A stretch of 64,000 nucleotides of DNA from an uncultured Gemmatimonadales bacterium (GTDB lineage: Bacteria > Gemmatimonadota > Gemmatimonadetes > Gemmatimonadales > GWC2-71-9). Position numbers and translations under genes: made by a program. The stretch covers positions 32,001 through 96,000 of the forward strand of contig CAVSQW010000012.1 of NCBI GenBank assembly GCA_963730185.1, in the 5' to 3' direction. Under the pieces are notes generated by a model. It was not told where the DNA came from. It did not search any database and saw nothing but the letters and a program-made list of their open reading frames with translations. Below are positions 59,597 to 64,000 of this stretch, one piece after another (position 1 is the stretch's first letter; the number at the start of each line of letters is the position of its first letter).

Positions 59597-61630
59597 TTAC
59601 TGCGTCTTGACCTCGACGTCGAGATACGAGCTCCCGCCTCGATCGAGGCCCCGCACCGCAAGCACGTGGCTCCCGGCCGACACCCCGCTCACGGTGAAGA
59701 CGAAGCTGTCCAGCGTCGGACATCCGTCATGGGTCCTGAGCCCACCGCTGACGTCGACGCCGTCGAGGTACACCTGGACGTCGTTGTCGATCGCCACCGC
59801 GATCCGGAGCGTCGCCGTGGTGGGGAGGGTCAGCGTTCGACGCAAGAGGATGCCGCGGTTGATTGGCCAATCAGTCACGACCCCGGCGTTCAGAGCGCAT
59901 CCGCTCGGGCTGCCAAACGCCGCGGTCCCAAGCGAGTAGGCCGAGTCGTCGTAGCCGGGCTGCTCCCAGCCGGGAGGCGGCGTCGTCTCGCGCTGGAACT
60001 TCCACCCACCGCTGCCGTACGCCACGAGCGTATTGGTGCCGGTGGCGTGGAAGGTCTGCGTTCCCGTCTGGAGGCTCACCGGCATCAGCGGGTTGGGCAC
60101 CGGATCGTTGGCCGGGTTGAAGTAGGGCTCGATCGCCATGAACGGATCGAAGATCGAGCGGGGGCCGTCGGCGTTGGCCCCGGCGATGCCCCGGCCACTG
60201 GCGATCAGCTGGTTCGATCCGGTCCCGATGGTCCAGGCGGTGCTGGCCAGACCGTCGACGGCGGTGACCACCGTCCCCGGGGTGGCCGAGCCGTTCCCGG
60301 AGAAGCTTACCCGGGCGCCCGGGCAGGGCTCGTCGCCGAGATCGGTCACCAGCACCGTCGGATTGACGGGGAGGGTCGATCCCGCGGGCACCGTCTGCCC
60401 GTCGCCGGCGGTGATCTGCATCTTGCAGGGCAGCGCGAACTGGAAGTCGCTGAACCCCGCCACCAAGCCGCCGCCACCCCGGTGTAGGGCCATCAACGGC
60501 GTGGGGCCGACCAAGCTGGCCAATTGCTCTCCCGCCGAGCCCCAATCGCCCCGCACGAGCGAACGCACCGCTCCCCGGAGCTGGCCCAAGGCGCCGACGA
60601 CCGGGGGAGTGCAGTCGGCCTGCCCGTGGGGCACGGCCTCGACCACATTGTCGCTCCGGAGCCGGTGCAGGGTCACCCGCTCCTCCTGGGTATGCGGCAA
60701 GGCCGACACGTCGGGCGGATAGTCGCAGATGAACACCGTGGCGGGCGGATCGAGCGGCTGGGCCAGCAGCGGGGTGGTCGAGACGTGGAGGCACCCGCCG
60801 TAGGTCGGCAGGTCGATGACGCGGGGGTTCAGGTCGGGGCAGGTCTGCACCGTGACCGTGACCGGCTGCGTCTGAGTGTTCTGAGGCGGGAAGCCCACCC
60901 CGCTCGGAGCGTCCAGCGGATTGGTGACGACCGACACCGTGCCGCCGGTGCCGAGGTTCACCACGGCGGTGGCACAGGGGTCGGTCCCTCCCGGATTGGC
61001 GCAGAGCGCCCGGTTCTCGATCCGGAACTTGATCTGGGCCGTCTGGCCGTCCTTCCGGGCGATGAACTCGCCGGTGTTGACGTTCTTGAGGTCCTTCCCG
61101 CCGGTGACCGAGTGAACGTCCGCGAAGCCCAGCACGGTCGTGCCCACCAGGACCCGGACTCGGTAGAACGCGTCGCTCGAGGTGGGAGCCCGCCACTTGA
61201 CGTGATAGTGGCCACCGCGGTCACCGTCGTCGTCGGCATCGTCGTCCTCGTCGCCGTTCCGGGGCGCATGGAGGCGGACGCCGTCGTTGCCGCTGGTCAC
61301 GAAGGGGAAGCTCACGGCATAGCCACCGGACCGGCAGGGCGTTCCGAACTGGACGTCCGATTCCTGGGCGGTCGAAGGCAGATCCAACGCGCAGACCGTC
61401 ACGGTCGGCTGGAGGCCGGCGTTGAACCCGTCGGGCGACCAGTTCGGACTGTGGCGCGGGTTGGGTACCAAGGGCGGAAGGAAGAAGAAGTCCGGGTTGC
61501 CGACCTGCCCGTGGGCACCGTCCGAAATCACGAACGACGGGGCGTTGCCAGGGGTGGCAGGGTTCTGGACATCGCCTTGGCAGCCAGCTGCCAAAACGAC
61601 CAGAACGGAGACGGCCAGGCGTCGATCCAT
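59597..61630 (-). CDS. Large surface lipoprotein with an Ig-like domain and a C-terminal galactose-binding-like domain
   Basis: Lipobox LAAG|C; Ig-like segment GDGQT...P.V.VTD..G..V.F...DGLAS..W; C-terminal W..PGYDDS....AAFG..LRR....IDND..VYLDG. Confidence 0.8.
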   Translation of the reverse strand: MDRRLAVSVLVVLAAGCQGDVQNPATPGNAPSFVISDGAHGQVGNPDFFFLPPLVPNPRHSPNWSPDGFNAGLQPTVTVCALDLPSTAQESDVQFGTPCRSGGYAVSFPFVTSGNDGVRLHAPRNGDEDDDADDDGDRGGHYHVKWRAPTSSDAFYRVRVLVGTTVLGFADVHSVTGGKDLKNVNTGEFIARKDGQTAQIKFRIENRALCANPGGTDPCATAVVNLGTGGTVSVVTNPLDAPSGVGFPPQNTQTQPVTVTVQTCPDLNPRVIDLPTYGGCLHVSTTPLLAQPLDPPATVFICDYPPDVSALPHTQEERVTLHRLRSDNVVEAVPHGQADCTPPVVGALGQLRGAVRSLVRGDWGSAGEQLASLVGPTPLMALHRGGGGLVAGFSDFQFALPCKMQITAGDGQTVPAGSTLPVNPTVLVTDLGDEPCPGARVSFSGNGSATPGTVVTAVDGLASTAWTIGTGSNQLIASGRGIAGANADGPRSIFDPFMAIEPYFNPANDPVPNPLMPVSLQTGTQTFHATGTNTLVAYGSGGWKFQRETTPPPGWEQPGYDDSAYSLGTAAFGSPSGCALNAGVVTDWPINRGILLRRTLTLPTTATLRIAVAIDNDVQVYLDGVDVSGGLRTHDGCPTLDSFVFTVSGVSAGSHVLAVRGLDRGGSSYLDVEVKTQ

Positions 61631-61844
61631 GGAATAGACCTTCCAACTATGCAGATCATGAAAGCGGCGGAGAGGGACTCCCTCAGCCGATGGAGAGGTG
61701 CTGTAGCAAGTCTAGTGCTTGAACATTAGCCAGGCTAGGGCCGTTCGGCCCCAATTGTTCTGTTGCGTCCGCGCAACAGAAAATGGCTCCGAGACGCCGC
61801 ACCAACCTGGGAGGCCAACGGGCACTCCGTCCTGGAGTGCGGTC

Positions 61845-64000
61845 TTACCGGCGGGCCATCACCTGCTGGAAGTCCGGGTCGTTCCGAAGATCCCGCCACC
61901 ACCAGTGGAGGTTCCCCCCCACCTGAAAGGAGTGGTCCGGGTTGACCGCGACGTATCGCCTGAGAAGCTGGATCGCCTCGGGGTAGTCACCCATCTGGGT
62001 CCGCATCACCGCCTCGTAGCCGGGAAGCTCCTGGTGCGGATCGACATCCAGCCCGGCCCGCGCGCCCTTGAGCACCCGGTCGGCGCTGTCTGCCAAGGCC
62101 TTGTGTCCCGGGCCGGCGGGAGTCGCTTTGGCCGCCCGCCCGATTACCCCGCCCACGATCAGCTGGGTCAGATGCGACTCGAACCGCCGATCGGTGGAGT
62201 CCGCGAGCGAGTCCGTCAGGCTGGCGAGCCGCCAGGCTGAGGCGATATCGGGCTGGGTGCCGGGAGTCAGCAGGTTCCAGAGCTGGCACTCGCCGAACCG
62301 AACATCCTTGGGGAACCGTCGATGACCTTCGCTGCACCACTTCACGGCGTCGGCGAACTGGTCGGTATCGTACGACGCCCAGAAGAGCCGCTCCAGAATG
62401 AGATCGGCCATGCTCAGATAGGCGTCCGCCTCGTACGCATTCCGGGCCGCGCGGAGCGCCGCGTAGATGTCGACCGACTCGTCCGCATAGTACACGAAGC
62501 TCAACTGGGCATAGGCCGAGGCGAGCGACGGGTCCAGCCGGACGGCGGCCTCGAGGTCCTTCCGGGCGGCCGCCAGCTGAGCCGCCCGCACCACGGGGTC
62601 GGGCGTCTGGGCCAGGCGCCACCCGGCGAATCGCAGCTCGCCCCGGAGCGCCAGGGCCGGCGCGCTCTGGGGATCGATGCCGAGGGCCTGCTCGGCCAGC
62701 GCCTCGCCGGCGTGAATCAGGTCGGTTTGCCGCCCCCGATCGCCGCCCTGCCGGGCCCGCTGGTAGGCGATCTCGCCGCGGAGGACGATCGGCGCCACCC
62801 ACTTCGGGTCTTCCCGCTGCGAGGCCGCCAGCAGGGTATCGGCCTCGGTGAGCGCTTGGACCCAGACCGAGTCTCCGACAGTCGCCTGGTCGGCTCGCTT
62901 CCGGATCCGCTCGGCGCGGTTGTAGAGCGTCCAGGCCGTCTGGTTCTCGGTTCCGGCCTGGGCCTCCCGGACTTCGATCTCGCCGCCCAAAAACTCCCGG
63001 AGCGTTCGTGACACCTCGCGGGCCACCGAGTCCTCGGCCGAGAAGAGCCGGTCGCGGGGAATGACGACGCTGGTTCGTTTGTTCAAGTCGGCGCCGGTGC
63101 CGTCGAGCAGCCGGGTGCTGATCCGGACTTTGTCCTTCCCTTCCATCTCGACCGATCCGTCGATCAAGGTGCCCGCGCTCAGGGCCCGGGCGATGCTGTC
63201 GACCGGCACCGTTCGGTCGTGGTAGAGCTCCACCCCGTTTCGAGAGACTACATTCAGCGCCCGAACCCGGGAGAGCGCCCGAATCAGGCCTTCGGTGAGT
63301 CCGTCGGCGACCGGGGCGAGCTCCGGGTTGTCGCCGGGGTTCCGGAAGTAGAGGACCGCCACCCGGTCGGGCGGAGCGGTGAGACCCAACGCCGAAGCAC
63401 GGGCCGCGGAGGCGTTGGGGCGGAGGAGCCCGGTACCCGATCCACCCAACGGCCACGAGGATCACCGCGGCGAGCCCCAGGACCCAGGGCCGACGCCAGA
63501 GCGGGGTCCCGGCCGCGGTAGCCGGCGAAGGTCGGCTGGGTCGGCACCCGGCGACTGGCCGTGGCCCGGATGGAGGTGCGCCGGCTCGCGGTCGCGCCGA
63601 TCGGAAGCCCCAGGAACTCGGAGAACTGCGCCGCCGTCTGCGGGCGGTCCGCCGGCACCTTGGCCATCGTCGCAAAGATCGCGTCCTCGACCTCCTCGGG
63701 CACCGTGTTCCGGACGATCCGGATGCTCGGAACCGCTTCCATGGCATGGCGCGCCATCAGGGCCTGGGCGCTCTTGGCCGTGAAGGGCGGCTCGCCCGCG
63801 AGCATCTCGTAGAGGACGCAGCCCAGGCTGTAGAGATCGGCCGTCGGCCCGACCGTCTCGCCCACCGCCTGCTCGGGCGCCATGTAGACCGGCGTCCCGA
63901 CGGCCATCCCGGTCTGGGTGAGCTTCTGGCCGCCGCCTTCGGTCACGGCTCGAGCGATCCCGAAATCGGCGACCAGGGCGTGACCGCCGGACAGGAGCAC
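61845..64000 (-). CDS. Hanks-type Ser/Thr kinase-TM-TolB-like/TPR protein (5' end off window; frameshifts near 63510 and 63435)
   Basis: DFGIARAV, GTPVYMAPEQ and DLYSLGC in one frame; TM helix PWVLGLAAVILVAVGW in a second; VAVLYF.N...ADGLTE.LI..LS and TPR-like helices in a third. Confidence 0.85.

Noticed and set aside
61705..61720. sigma54-like AGCAC-N5-TTGCT upstream of the lipoprotein
   Set aside because: It lacks the near-invariant -24 GG.

Overview
GC-rich, gene-dense bacterial window. A Gemmatimonadota-like origin is inferred from the gene repertoire: several Hanks-type kinases, PadR plus four 'acidobacterial duplicated orphan permease' (ADOP/MacB-type) genes, an OdhA/Kgd-type fused oxoglutarate dehydrogenase and a fused E1alpha/beta. 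About 45 CDSs can be supported. They cover metabolism (lon, rsgA, proline dehydrogenase, fadIJ, glpD, odhA, cydAB), signalling (Hpt-REC-GGDEF, two two-component systems, two Ser/Thr kinases) and MacAB-type export. I found no rRNA, tRNA, CRISPR array, integrase or transposase. The most notable observations are: (1) an intact, secreted XoxF/MxaF-like PQQ beta-propeller with nearly all PQQ-contact and catalytic residues substituted, a candidate pseudoenzyme; (2) three intergenic copies of a heptamer array sharing a (5-6 x 7 nt)+4 nt+(3 x 7 nt) layout; (3) an 89-bp relic of an ADOP permease gene with only its first and last codons left; (4) a CCTA-N7-TAGG palindrome upstream of padR and of a distant orphan permease; (5) sigma54-type promoter and enhancer motifs. 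Frameshifts cluster near 180, 53960-54030, 57350-59430 and 63430-63510 and may be consensus errors. All family calls come from motif recognition by eye; no database search was run.
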